32,000 nt of DNA from Candidatus Scalindua sp. (GTDB lineage Bacteria > Planctomycetota > Brocadiia > Brocadiales > Scalinduaceae), in assembly GCA_031316235.1 (NCBI GenBank), contig JALDRA010000001.1, positions 720,001 through 752,000 of the forward strand, given 5' to 3'. The stretch's first letter is position 1. Each line of letters begins with the position of its first letter. The translations under genes and the position numbers were made by a program. Of this stretch, positions 16,309 to 26,064 are shown one piece after another. Under the pieces are notes generated by a model. It was not told where the DNA came from. It saw only the letters and a list, made by a program, of their open reading frames with translations, and searched no databases.

Positions 16309-18510
16309 TTAATTCTTTTTTGACATGAAAAGTAATTGACCTCCTTGCCCGAGATCGATACTGGAAAGTTCAAGATCAAAACTTATATCAGAACTTGTTC
16401 CACTTACCTGATGAATCTCAACTGCCAACACATTCTTACCCTCTTTTAATAATCCTGGATTGACACTGGTCTCAAAAAAGGTATCTTCATCGCTTCCGCC
16501 AACAGCTGAAGAGGCGGGAGTATCAAAAGGTATCTTCCCTGCCGGCATATTGGTTCTGTAAATCTCCTTTCCATTTAAATACAGAACCGCACCATCATCC
16601 CTCAAAATCTTAAGAGATAAATTATTAATATTTAAGGTGCCGGTAATATCAAACGTATGCCTGAAATAGGTAGTGATACATTTATTGGATCGATCGGGAC
16701 CGAAGCTGACAACCGTCGCTTCGGATCCAACTCCATCACCGTATCCCAATTCTGCAGGACCTTCTTTCCAATCCGTATCATCGAAAGAGGAACGTCTCCA
16801 GGCTTTTCCCTGATCAGTGCCATCATCGAGATATTTCCATGTTGAACCTGCCGGTACGATATTTCCGTCCAGGTTCCCCAATAGTGTCCCCTCAAGGCTA
16901 TGGGCCTGCACATCAAAGAGAAAGACCTGTTCACTCTTCTTATGCCTAAACAGTTCTGTAACATCTACTATTCCTGAAGATTCCCAGTTACCAAAATCAG
17001 ATGGGGTTGAATCTGTCTGGCCGAGTGGTATTGCTGAACGGTCCATCTCAAGGAGACGAACCAGTTGCCCGGGTTGGTCACCAACATTTGAATTCAACTG
17101 CCAGATGGACGCCTCAACGGTGCTTGTTTGGCCAAAAGCCGATAAGGAGTTATCCTCCTGGATATAAATGAAACCGTCATCAGCCCAATCAAGATTGTCT
17201 GGACTTCGCAGACCCAGATCAGGATCACCAAACTGCTTATTATTGTCGCCGTCATACATGATTTCGACTGTTGCCGGGATGTTGTTTATGTTACGTAAGT
17301 CTTCAAGAAGTATATTGTCAAGGTGTACATCGATACGATAAATCGTCCCCCACCTGTCGGCTCCTCCAGCAAAAACGCTGTTTCCCGTTGATGCCAGAAC
17401 TACCTGGGTACCATTGTTCGGATTGACGGAGATGTCTTCCGGACGGGAAAACATAAAAGCTCCTGCACCATCAGCCAGCGTATCCTGAAGTTGTAAATTG
17501 CAAAATCCCATACTATCATAATCAATCATATCTCCCTTTGCTGGATCGAAGTGTTCACGTAACTTAACAAATTTACCCTCCATACTGTTAGCGTTATTTC
17601 CATTGAAATCAGCAGGATCCAGATATCCGTCATCGGACACAAAAACATATAGATTCCCGAAACCAAGTCCATTCCGAACTAAAAAATCGGGAGGTGCATA
17701 AATAGGATCAATGGTGGGATAAACATCTCTCGGCCTTACTCCTTTTTGACCAATGTAGAGTAACAACGAGGCTCCAACACGGTCATCGCCTATCATGAGT
17801 GCCACCTTGTTACTATCACCAGGATCAAGTGGGCAGGCATTTTCATGAGCAGCTCTGCCCATCATGGGAACAACATACATGTCTCTATTATCAACATCGA
17901 TGACAGATTGTTGACCTCCCACAACACCACCGACTTCCTCTCCAGCGAAGTAACTGTTATCTACAAATCCGAATTCTCCGGCATTAACTGCATAAGCAGA
18001 ACATAGATTGCTGAAACCTTCAAGGTTCTCCCATTCACCTTCATGGATCTGCTCTGGATCGGTAACAATGGTACCAGATCGATCAAACACGGTATCATAG
18101 GCAATTCCTGCTGCTTTAACTTTTCGTGTTTTCGGATGAATGTCAAAAAAACTGACCCTTGCACCCGTCAACTGCGTACCATTGGATAATTCATACGCAT
18201 ACCCATCACCGCCTCCCAATTCATGATTCATCAGTACGCGGACTAAACTTTTCCTGCTTTTAAATGCTCCGATACCATCGAGCTTACCTAATGGCCGGTA
18301 GCCAAGTTTTTTCTCATTAACGTCCTCTCCCTTCTCATTGGTCTCTCCAATTGTTACAAGCGGTGTCACTTCCCATCCATTATTTGTATCAAATGTCTCC
18401 ATCTGTGGAGGTTCGTCTGTCTGAAACTTACCCGCAAAAGAGGGTAAACAAGAATAGCTCTGTACAAGTGCAATCATTACTATGGACAAGAATATTCGGT
18501 TTATCAACAT
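16309..18510 (-). CDS. secreted PhoX/DUF839-like beta-propeller protein with a C-terminal W.Y..DG...W....FDD..W..GPAELGYGDG module
   Basis: AAGGAGG RBS. Signal peptide. Motifs LMNHELG, NLCSAY...YFAGEEV and PDNLDWADDGFIYIQEDN typical of DUF839/PhoX-like proteins. C-terminal jelly-roll-like module (TTYFRHTF..LRDDGAVLYLNG). Confidence 0.7.
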   Translation of the reverse strand: MLINRIFLSIVMIALVQSYSCLPSFAGKFQTDEPPQMETFDTNNGWEVTPLVTIGETNEKGEDVNEKKLGYRPLGKLDGIGAFKSRKSLVRVLMNHELGGGDGYAYELSNGTQLTGARVSFFDIHPKTRKVKAAGIAYDTVFDRSGTIVTDPEQIHEGEWENLEGFSNLCSAYAVNAGEFGFVDNSYFAGEEVGGVVGGQQSVIDVDNRDMYVVPMMGRAAHENACPLDPGDSNKVALMIGDDRVGASLLLYIGQKGVRPRDVYPTIDPIYAPPDFLVRNGLGFGNLYVFVSDDGYLDPADFNGNNANSMEGKFVKLREHFDPAKGDMIDYDSMGFCNLQLQDTLADGAGAFMFSRPEDISVNPNNGTQVVLASTGNSVFAGGADRWGTIYRIDVHLDNILLEDLRNINNIPATVEIMYDGDNNKQFGDPDLGLRSPDNLDWADDGFIYIQEDNSLSAFGQTSTVEASIWQLNSNVGDQPGQLVRLLEMDRSAIPLGQTDSTPSDFGNWESSGIVDVTELFRHKKSEQVFLFDVQAHSLEGTLLGNLDGNIVPAGSTWKYLDDGTDQGKAWRRSSFDDTDWKEGPAELGYGDGVGSEATVVSFGPDRSNKCITTYFRHTFDITGTLNINNLSLKILRDDGAVLYLNGKEIYRTNMPAGKIPFDTPASSAVGGSDEDTFFETSVNPGLLKEGKNVLAVEIHQVSGTSSDISFDLELSSIDLGQGGQLLFMSKKN

Positions 18511-18637
18511 AAAGTGTCCTCCTTGTATTATTTTGGTTTCCGGTAATGTTAACGGTTCAGATTCTACTCAATGAAATCTCATTTTCTCCTTAATATTTTC
18601 TTTAAGAAAAAAAACCTGCTGCAGAAGGTTTGTAAAA

Positions 18638-18782
18638 AGGTTTTTGCGTAGGCGGCTTTTGTCATACCCGAACGTCTTTATCGGGTATCCAGAGACTCGT
18701 TTCATCATAGATTCCCGCTAAAAACATGCGGGAATGACAGTATTTGGGCAATAAATTAAATACGCAAAAACCTAACCGGACA
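18638..18782. mobile_element. family B MITE, degraded copy (both TIR tips missing)
   Basis: Collinear with 631-776 (GGCGGCTTTTGTCATACCCGA...ATTCCCGCTAAAAACATGCGGGAATGAC...TACGCAAAAACCTAACCGGACA). It lacks the outer TIR bases. Confidence 0.65.
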
Positions 18783-19278
18783 CTTTTGATTCCTTTCAAG
18801 AAAAAGTTTTGTTTTTACCTGACATGCCCAAGAAAATCAGTGTATTTCTGTTTAACCACTAAAGAGAATCTTTTACGTAAAACTCCCGGATATGGCCACA
18901 TTATACGTTCCTCCTTTTTTCTCTACTCTTTTGCAACCAATTCCTGACAATGTAACTATGATGCACATTTACATCAATCAATAATCAAAAATATCTTTCC
19001 TGTTGTTTCTTCGATAAGGTTTTTCACAAATTCTATACCTTTTCGCTTCTCTGTCAATAGAGCCATTCTAAACACACTGGAATGTGAGAGATCTGCCCCA
19101 ATTGGAACCGGTACGGGCGGTAGAAGAGCTTTTTGGCAGGTTTACCCGAACTGCTTTTTGGCGGGTGAAATGTGGTTTGGGGCTGGGTATGACTCACTTC
19201 CAGACATCCCTGGTAGTACTGTTATTGTACACACCATTGGTGACAAATATTTCAAAACAATAGAATGAACAGTAACAT

Positions 19279-19575
19279 TTAGACAGGCTTGTGGTGATGG
19301 TATTTCAGAATATAGAACATAACCGCGGAAAATGTAATAAAATTTATGATCCCAAATGCTTTGAAAACAATGTCGGGTGTTAACAATACCGAAGGCATCA
19401 TGAGCACTGTGCAGCCCATAATCCCAAATACCCACGTAAGGGAATAATCTTTCGAAGAGCTTCTCTTTCTGATTTTCAGGATTAAAGGAATATTAAACAA
19501 AGGAAGAACAACACTCGCAGCAACTCCAACAATTTTAATTGTTTCAGTTATATTCATTGTGTTCTCAAAACTCAT
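19279..19575 (-). CDS. small 3-TM membrane protein, possibly SemiSWEET/PQ-loop-like (98 aa)
   Basis: Three hydrophobic segments. The loop NIPLILKIRKRSSSKDYSL resembles the PQ-loop region of SemiSWEETs. No clear RBS. Confidence 0.5.
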   Translation of the reverse strand: MSFENTMNITETIKIVGVAASVVLPLFNIPLILKIRKRSSSKDYSLTWVFGIMGCTVLMMPSVLLTPDIVFKAFGIINFITFSAVMFYILKYHHHKPV

Positions 19576-19589
19576 TTTTTCATGAATTC

Positions 19590-19645
19590 ACTCATCTTGT
19601 AATCGTTGTCGGATTTTATCCGAAAACCATTGTGAGATGAGTATA
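19590..19645. repeat. family A left-end palindromic derivative (25-bp imperfect hairpin)
   Basis: ACTCATCTTGTAATCGTTGTCGGAT-TTT-ATCCGAAAACCATTGTGAGATGAGT. It lies 14 nt upstream of the start at 19575. Confidence 0.7.
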
Positions 19646-19754
19646 TCAGGAGGTTTCCCTTCCTTTCTCATTGTCTCTTCCAGCTTTTATCCCATTGCCC
19701 GCAACTGAAGCCGGAATTTCTCCAATTCATACGCCTGAGAGTGTGAGATTGATT

Positions 19755-20204
19755 TTATTCATATGTCATAACAACTGAATTGTCATTATCCCCATAAGGG
19801 CTTTTCACATATTTATCGGCATTCCAGTCATTTTCCCATTTTGATTCATCTATGAGATAAAGAAACTGGTATTCATTTCCCGTTTCAAGATCAAGCGTGA
19901 TTGTAAAGTCTCCATTTTCAAGCCTTCTCATTGGACTTGCACTCGTATTCCACTTATTAAAGTCACCAACGATATACACGCTCTTTGCGTCTGGAGCAGC
20001 AGCTTCAGGCAATATGAATTTTGCCCTGCATACGTGCATCCCTTTTAGGTACTCTTTTTTTATCCCAACGGAGGCTGCTGCCAGCTTTTCCGATGCTGAT
20101 TCCTGTTTTGTCAGCCCTTTTATCCTTTCTGCAAAAGTTTTAATTTTTTGAAGAAAATCCTGGAATCGTGTATCAATTATAGCTTTTTTATTATTCTTTA
20201 TCAC
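19755..20204 (-). CDS. CBM48/E-set (glycogen-binding, isoamylase N-terminal-like) domain protein
   Basis: GTG start 8 nt after GAGGTG. SVYIVGDFNKWN..PM..L.NGDFTITLDLETGNEYQFLYLID..WENDW matches the AMPK-beta/CBM48 pattern. Confidence 0.65.
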   Translation of the reverse strand: MIKNNKKAIIDTRFQDFLQKIKTFAERIKGLTKQESASEKLAAASVGIKKEYLKGMHVCRAKFILPEAAAPDAKSVYIVGDFNKWNTSASPMRRLENGDFTITLDLETGNEYQFLYLIDESKWENDWNADKYVKSPYGDNDNSVVMTYE

Positions 20205-20315
20205 ACGTACTACACCTCATTTCACTGAAAATGGTAACAATTTGCCTATCCAGACATTGACGCCGGTATCTATCGCTCAAATGAGAAAAAGAGATTTAAG
20301 TATTGATCAAGCTGA

Positions 20316-20427
20316 TATACTCATCTTACAATGGTTTTCGGATAAAATCCGAGATAAAATTGAGCAAATATACCTCCACCAGGATCTGGTTTCCGGTAAA
20401 ACCGAAAACCAGATTGGTTTCAGTATA
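20316..20427 (+). repeat. family A repeat, copy 4 (short form, 112 bp)
   Basis: Full alignment. It carries a compensatory change in the right hairpin (GATCTGG...CCAGATT). Confidence 0.88.
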
Positions 20428-20609
20428 GATGGTGCTACTGATACTTTCGTCAAGAGCTGTGAAATCGTTTTTCGGCTTGCCTGTCCTTTTGAACTCAGAA
20501 GATTTTTCTGAGTTTGAGTATAACAGGTTTCAAGTGGATTGCAAAGAAACAAATGTTTGCGGTAATAGTTCAGAAAGTTAATGACTGAAATCTCAAAAAT
20601 CATTTAAAT

Positions 20610-20747
20610 CATGCTCATCTCATAATGGTTTTCGAATATAATCCGGGAAAAATTGAGCGAGTAAAGTCCTCGGCGCTTTTTGTCCGGGGATACCTTCACC
20701 AGAACTTGGTTTCCGGTAAAACCGGAAACCAAATCGGTTTTAGTATA
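20610..20747 (+). repeat. family A repeat, copy 5 (long form, left end diverged)
   Basis: Aligns throughout, and the left terminus reads CATGCTCATC. It ends 123 nt upstream of the hsp20 ATG. Confidence 0.88.
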
Positions 20748-20870
20748 CTATCTCTGTTACCGTCCGTTAAGAACGCGTAGTACAGAATTTTTTAACCGTA
20801 TGCCGGTGACTGGCTGAAGAGGGCAGCAGTTGGCGGCCAGGAATTACACCCTGCAAGAAGGAGGAATATC

Positions 20871-21311
20871 ATGGCAATTGTAAAATGGGATCCGTGGCAA
20901 GAGATTGAGGATATGTTCGACCGTTATTCAAGGGCGGTCGGCATGCCTCGCGGTGGAAACCAGGAGCTCGCCCCAACCAGTGATTGGGCTCCCCGGGTAG
21001 ATATCGCCGAGACCGACAAAGAGTTCGTAATCAAGGCTGAAATCCCCGAGGTCAAGAAGGAGGACGTGAAGGTCACTGTCGACAATGGGGTCTTAAGCAT
21101 CCGGGGCGAAAGAAAACAGGAAAAGGAAGAGAAGGGGAAGAAGTTTCATCGAGTCGAGCGTCGTTACGGGAGCTTTGCTCGCAGCTTCACGTTGCCTGGA
21201 AATGTCGATACAACCAAGATTAAGGCTTCGTTCAAGGATGGCATGCTGAATCTCCAGATTCAGAAAACTGAGGAGGTAAAGTCGAAAGCCATTCATGTCA
21301 AAGTGGAGTAA
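20871..21311 (+). CDS. Hsp20/alpha-crystallin family small heat-shock protein
   Basis: AAGGAGG RBS. Motifs WAPRVDIAETDKEFVIKAEIPEVKKEDVKVTV..GVLSIRGERK and RSFTLP..VD...IKASFKDGML. Confidence 0.95.
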   Translation: MAIVKWDPWQEIEDMFDRYSRAVGMPRGGNQELAPTSDWAPRVDIAETDKEFVIKAEIPEVKKEDVKVTVDNGVLSIRGERKQEKEEKGKKFHRVERRYGSFARSFTLPGNVDTTKIKASFKDGMLNLQIQKTEEVKSKAIHVKVE

Positions 21312-21718
21312 GGGAATATCTCTATTTCAGACGAAAAACAGCCCTTTTTTTAAGCAAAATCCCCTGGATGTTGAAACACTTTCCGGTGCACAGTTATCAA
21401 TATTGGATTACTTGTGCTGTCGACTATTGTTATCATTGCTGCTCGCGGAGCTGCGGCACGTATCCACCAGAAAATGTTTGATTTGGATGTAAAATATCTA
21501 TCCCAGGCATATTTTCAATTTCTGGCACCATACAAGATTGCCATAATAGTGTTTAATTTCGTTCCATACTTTTTTTGATCAATGGTTATCCTTATCAAAA
21601 TTGTGTGAAGAGTTCTCAGTATGCGTAAAAGTAGATACCTTTTTATATTTTTCAGGGATTCAGTTTTTTTATTCCAGTAAAAGATAAAATGTCCGATTTA
21701 TAGATTACAGGTAAAAAA

Positions 21719-21830
21719 TATACTCATCTCATACTGGATTTCGGATAAAATCCGAGATAAATTTGAGCGAGTATACCTTCACCAGGATTTGGTTTCCGGT
21801 AAAACCGAAAACCAAATCGGTTTTAGTATA
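21719..21830 (+). repeat. family A repeat, copy 6 (short form, 112 bp)
   Basis: Full alignment. It ends 64 nt upstream of the HD-GYP gene ATG. Confidence 0.9.
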
Positions 21831-21894
21831 TCATACTGTTTATCTGGATTTAGTGCGGTCAGTAACTACCAAAGACTCTATTTCGTAAAAGATA

Positions 21895-22827
21895 ATGACA
21901 ATCATAGAAAATTATTTCCCCGCAAAACATGCATTGTATGATAAATATGAGAAGACAAGACTCTACTATAGAGATGCCTCAAATAGTTTTTTTCTTTACA
22001 AAGATAAAGGCTTTACATTATCCCAGATGAGAATAGATATGAATAAAATTCCAGATCTGTATATCAGTGAAGCGGAAAGGCTGGATTCAGTAATGGAAAT
22101 GCAGGATATCCTGAATAAACAGATGACAGAAGATATAAATACAGGCAAAATATCCGCTGTCAAGAACGCGCTTGTTACTCTTATGAATGAAACACTCTCT
22201 GAGCCCAGAAGCGGAAGCCTGCAGGGGATCAGCAAAACAATTGATATACTCATTGACGGCTATTCAAAACAGCCTAATTTTTTTTCAACAATAGCCGCAT
22301 TATCAACAAAGGATTACTCTACTACAATTCATTCGATTAATGTAAGTGCCATGGCATTGGGAATCTGTTTAAGCATGGGCTATAATGAGAATGAAACCAA
22401 AGAAATCGGCCTTGCCGCAATGTTACATGATACCGGCAAAATTTATGTTTCCAATAAAATCCTTAATGCTCCAAGGCGTCTTACCCATGAGGAATTCAGA
22501 ATAATAAAAAAACACCCTTTTGAAGGGTATAAGATCCTTAAAAAAGCCGGGTTTGATAACAAAATCTGCCAGGTCACGTATCAGCATCATGAAAAGCTTA
22601 ATGGATATGGATACCCAAATGGCCTGAAAGCTGATAGCATAAGTAAAACAAGCCAATTGGTCGGGCTCCTGGACTTTTATGAGGCAATAACAAATCACGA
22701 CAGGCCGTACCGTAGGGCCGATACTCCGCTTGATGCATTCAGTATAATTAAAGCATGTGTTGATAAGGGAGAGCTTGATGGCAATCTTTTCGAAACAATG
22801 GTCCAATACCTGAGTTTTAACGAATAA
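21895..22827 (+). CDS. HD-GYP domain protein (putative c-di-GMP phosphodiesterase)
   Basis: HSINVS..., LAAMLHDTGK and HHEKLNGYGYPNGL (the HD and HHExxDGxGYP-type motifs). Confidence 0.9.
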   Translation: MTIIENYFPAKHALYDKYEKTRLYYRDASNSFFLYKDKGFTLSQMRIDMNKIPDLYISEAERLDSVMEMQDILNKQMTEDINTGKISAVKNALVTLMNETLSEPRSGSLQGISKTIDILIDGYSKQPNFFSTIAALSTKDYSTTIHSINVSAMALGICLSMGYNENETKEIGLAAMLHDTGKIYVSNKILNAPRRLTHEEFRIIKKHPFEGYKILKKAGFDNKICQVTYQHHEKLNGYGYPNGLKADSISKTSQLVGLLDFYEAITNHDRPYRRADTPLDAFSIIKACVDKGELDGNLFETMVQYLSFNE

Positions 22828-23292
22828 AACAATTTTTTTATGAATGACTGCAGGAATACTCATGCCGATGAAAAATCTCTCCACCATACGTAAGGTCTTG
22901 CTGCTATCATGAAAAGATCAGGTCTGCAGTCAGCAACCAACACAAATGATCCAATAAATACCATCTTCATAATGAAAAAGCGGCAAGATGGAATTTATAA
23001 ATTGCTTCGAGGAATTACCATGCCTGAAACAACTTAACTTCTTTTCCCTGGCCGCTTCTGAACCCCTCGTACCCTGCCGTTGTTTCAATACCCCCTTTCA
23101 ATGATCAATCAATCAATCAGTTTGCGACTCGATATCACCTGGCAGTGTTCTTTTTAGCCATCTGTTGAAAATCACACCATTTTTTTTAATCACAAAAAAT
23201 AATTCTGGTTTTTAATTATCTCTTTTATGTAATTATTTTACAACCTGTTACAAATTTGCTTCCTGAAAGCAAAAACAACTGGCATTGTATTT

Positions 23293-23694
23293 GTGGTTTA
23301 TGCCCTACCCGTTATGGACATGAGTGACAAAAACTTCTGTGATGACCATTTTAAAGAATTTCTTGCCAGAAAGCTGGGAATAGAGAGATCAAAAATCCCC
23401 AATCCGGGTATTTGGTTTGGAACTGGAGAAACATATGCTGCACTATCTTTGAAACTGGATTTGCTGACCACGGAGAAAATTGATGTGATCTTAAAGGAAG
23501 AACAGGAACAGAAGCTGTTATTTGGTGAGGCAGCAATAAAATTAGGATTCATAAGAAGTGAACAATCAGAAATACTATTACAATTACAGCTTTTACACAG
23601 GAACCTGGCTCTTCTTGAAATGATGGTACTAAATAACCAGATTAAACTGGAAGATATATGGAAGATTCTTTCCGAGTATGAACCACGCAAATAG
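23293..23694 (+). CDS. hypothetical protein (start uncertain: GTG 23293, or ATG 23314/23320)
   Basis: ORF only. Weak resemblance of LLFGEAAIKLGFIRSEQSEILLQLQ to MshEN/T2SSE_N-type helical repeats. No clear RBS. Confidence 0.4.
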   Translation: MVYALPVMDMSDKNFCDDHFKEFLARKLGIERSKIPNPGIWFGTGETYAALSLKLDLLTTEKIDVILKEEQEQKLLFGEAAIKLGFIRSEQSEILLQLQLLHRNLALLEMMVLNNQIKLEDIWKILSEYEPRK

Positions 23695-23786
23695 TAATAA
23701 CAGCTCTGTAAACGATAACCTAAAGAGCATGGTATTTTTTTATTGTAATAACGGGCGGTTGTATTTTTTCTTTTGATCAGGTAGGA

Positions 23787-23925
23787 TATACTGAAACCGG
23801 TTTGGTTTTCGGTTTTACCGGAAACCAGATCCTGGTGAAGGTATTCACGGACAAAAAGCACCGGGGACTTTACTCGCTCAATTGTATCTCGGATTTTATC
23901 GGAAATCCAGTATGAGATGAGTATA
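23787..23925 (-). repeat. family A repeat, copy 7 (long form, 139 bp)
   Basis: The reverse complement aligns end to end. The stem of the 27-nt module is degraded (CCGTGAA). Confidence 0.88.
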
Positions 23926-24293
23926 CCACACATAAGATCCGCTGGTGAGAACATTTACAATACCTTGATATATACTCCAACCAACCTGTTGTATTTAAAG
24001 GGAACAAACAACAGGAATACGTTGTTCTCCTACTGAATAAGGCAAGTTTTCCATCAGGCAGCATCAATATGAAAGCAGATATTAACTCCAGAAAATACTC
24101 CGGGAAAAGAACGACCAATAGAAATAATCATCAGTTAAATCTCTATATATAATCCTGTTACATCTGGAGTACCTTTTGTAGATGTTTCAGGAAACCGTTG
24201 GTTTTTGACTGCCTGATAATGGCTCGTGATTGCAGCGACAAAAGGGATACTGCCCTGAATTAATATTAATGATTAGAGAAAGGTGAATTAAAG

Positions 24294-24617
24294 ATGAAGA
24301 TTCGTTGTACTGTATACACAATTACGTTAGCACTTCTTTTTGTTATTCAACAGATTATTTCCGGCTGTTCAACAACGGCGACAAGGAGTTTACCAAAAGA
24401 TGATTTACGTAAGATAGAAGAGGACGCGATCAGCCAGAATCTTTTCCAGAATAAATGTTCTCTGTGCCATGAACTGCCGGAGATAGATGAATATTCTCCT
24501 GAAGAGTGGGCAAGTATTATCGACTACACGCACGATACCGAGGAGGCCAGGAAATTTATCCCGTTAGAAGAAGCTGAGAAGATAAAAGCCTATCTGAAAA
24601 GTAAGAGCCGGGCATGA
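24294..24617 (+). CDS. putative monoheme c-type cytochrome lipoprotein (107 aa)
   Basis: AAAGGTG RBS. Lipobox IISGC. Single CxxCH motif (CSLCH). Confidence 0.6.
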   Translation: MKIRCTVYTITLALLFVIQQIISGCSTTATRSLPKDDLRKIEEDAISQNLFQNKCSLCHELPEIDEYSPEEWASIIDYTHDTEEARKFIPLEEAEKIKAYLKSKSRA

Positions 24618-24644
24618 TGACGAGTTTTCATGCACACCGGTTTT

Positions 24645-24758
24645 TATACTCCTCTTATAATGGTTTTCGGATACAATCAGAGATAAAACGGTACGGGTAT
24701 GATTGCAGTCACACTCTCTGGTCTTTCAAAAATCTGATACCAAACCGGTGTCAGTATA
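24645..24758 (+). repeat. family A repeat, degenerate copy
   Basis: The termini and left hairpin are recognisable (TATACTCCTCTTATAATGGTTTTCGGATACAATCAGAG...GGTGTCAGTATA). The interior has diverged. Confidence 0.6.
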
Positions 24759-24759
24759 T

Positions 24760-25032
24760 CTATTCCCCAAAAAGTCCCCGAATCTCTAATTCGAAAAGAG
24801 ATTTGTTGTAGATACGAATGTCATCAACCTTGCCACTCCAGAAATACCGTTAATTAACATCTCCATGAATCGTAAAACCAATCATTGTAGCAGCATTGTT
24901 CACCACTCGTGCAAGATGGGTTGAGCTTCTTTTAAAGACTCCATCGATCCACAGATAACCCTCATTCGCTGTTTTCTTGTTTATTACTGCATGGTGCCAT
25001 GATTTCCATACCAATATAAGAGAAACTATCAA
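24760..25032 (-). pseudogene. C-terminal remnant of a LamG/concanavalin-like domain gene with an in-frame TAA
   Basis: WKSWHHAVI..EGYLWIDGV...TMIGFTIHGDVN*RYFWSGKVDDIRIYNKSLFELEIRGLF reads in a single frame. It follows the LamG pattern (W.H.A., Y.DG., F.G.iDdvRIYN..L...EI). The N-terminal half is absent. Confidence 0.5.
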
Positions 25033-25038
25033 GCATCA

Positions 25039-25710
25039 TCAGTTTTCGTATACTAATGACAGTGAAGGGAGCGGCCACTCTTCTTTCAGTGCCTCGCTTA
25101 CAATTTTTCTTTCTATTTCATTTGTTATAGAATATTTCTGTCTTACATCCTGTTTGTATTTCTCCTGCAGCTCTCTCTGTTTCCTGTGATTTGCATCTAT
25201 ATTGACTACTTTTGTCGGATCTATTAATCTGTCAGCTTCTAAATGAGATCGTTCTTCTGCAGCAACTATTTCTTTAAATATTTCACGCCTTGTTTGTTCA
25301 GTAAGCCCATACAGAGTTTCTGATTTAGAACGTTGTTTTATATTTTGTTCAAAGTTTTCCAATAACATGACATTAATTCTTCCATTATCTTCAGGATACC
25401 CCCAGTCTACCATTGCAATATCAAAACGCTGTTCAATAAACTCTCTATCGCTGTATAACCATAAGGTGATTTCATCAATGTCCCTGTCTCTGGAAGTGAT
25501 CTCTTTAATAATCTTCTCTGCCAGCGGTTTTACTTCTTCTCTTGTAATACCGGGGGAGACAACTATTTTATAGGACATCCTGTTATTTGACACAGTACCG
25601 ATAAACTTCTTTTTGACAATTTCGTAGTCAACCGTACTTTCTCCAAAAACTTCTGTAATTCCAAAACCTGCAAAAAAAAGATACATTATTAAAATTAATT
25701 TTCTATACAT
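25039..25710 (-). CDS. secreted hypothetical protein (223 aa)
   Basis: GGAGATAAAGG upstream of the ATG. Signal peptide. No family recognised. Confidence 0.6.
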   Translation of the reverse strand: MYRKLILIMYLFFAGFGITEVFGESTVDYEIVKKKFIGTVSNNRMSYKIVVSPGITREEVKPLAEKIIKEITSRDRDIDEITLWLYSDREFIEQRFDIAMVDWGYPEDNGRINVMLLENFEQNIKQRSKSETLYGLTEQTRREIFKEIVAAEERSHLEADRLIDPTKVVNIDANHRKQRELQEKYKQDVRQKYSITNEIERKIVSEALKEEWPLPSLSLVYEN

Positions 25711-25979
25711 CCTTTATCTCCATTCTAAATGTTAACAAAAAGATTGTTTTACTTTTTCTCATCTTCTTCCAGCCTCCCCCCGGTTTGGTAAAATGTGCAG
25801 GACAACCACGGCATTCACCAGAGTTATTGAGAGGCAATCAAAAGTTTAACCTTCACGTATTCAGTATTATATTCCTCCCCGCCGGAAAACATATTCACCC
25901 GCCCGGTCGGAACAGAGCAGAGAGGAGGAAACACATGAAAAAGCATACCAGTCTACCATATTCGGGGTATGATTGTAAA

Positions 25980-26031
25980 TATACTCATCTTATACTGGAT
26001 TTCGGATAAAATCCAGTATAAGATGAGTATA
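25980..26031. repeat. family A left-end perfect palindrome (21-bp stem, 10-nt loop)
   Basis: TATACTCATCTTATACTGGAT-TTCGGATAAA-ATCCAGTATAAGATGAGTATA. It lies 33 nt downstream of the TonB-receptor stop (26065), so it may act as a 3' hairpin. Confidence 0.85.
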
Positions 26032-26064
26032 TCTCCTAGATTCCATAACGCAACTGTTATCAGC

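Noticed and set aside
20830-20845. Sigma54 promoter (TGGCGG-N-..AATT) upstream of hsp20
   Set aside because: The -24 GG is present but there is no GC at the -12 position with correct spacing. I also saw no CIRCE or convincing sigma32 box.
23099-23120. CAAT tetranucleotide run (CAATGATCAATCAATCAATCAG) as a phase-variation tract
   Set aside because: There are only three uninterrupted units. It is intergenic with no adjacent start codon or promoter spacing that it would alter.
25935-26009. 24-codon ORF (MKKHTSLPYSGYDCKYTHLILDFG) with a strong GAGGAGG RBS, reading into the palindromic repeat
   Set aside because: It is too short, has no recognisable similarity, and its stop lies in the hairpin loop. 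It may be the orphaned 5' end of a disrupted gene, but that cannot be supported from sequence alone.
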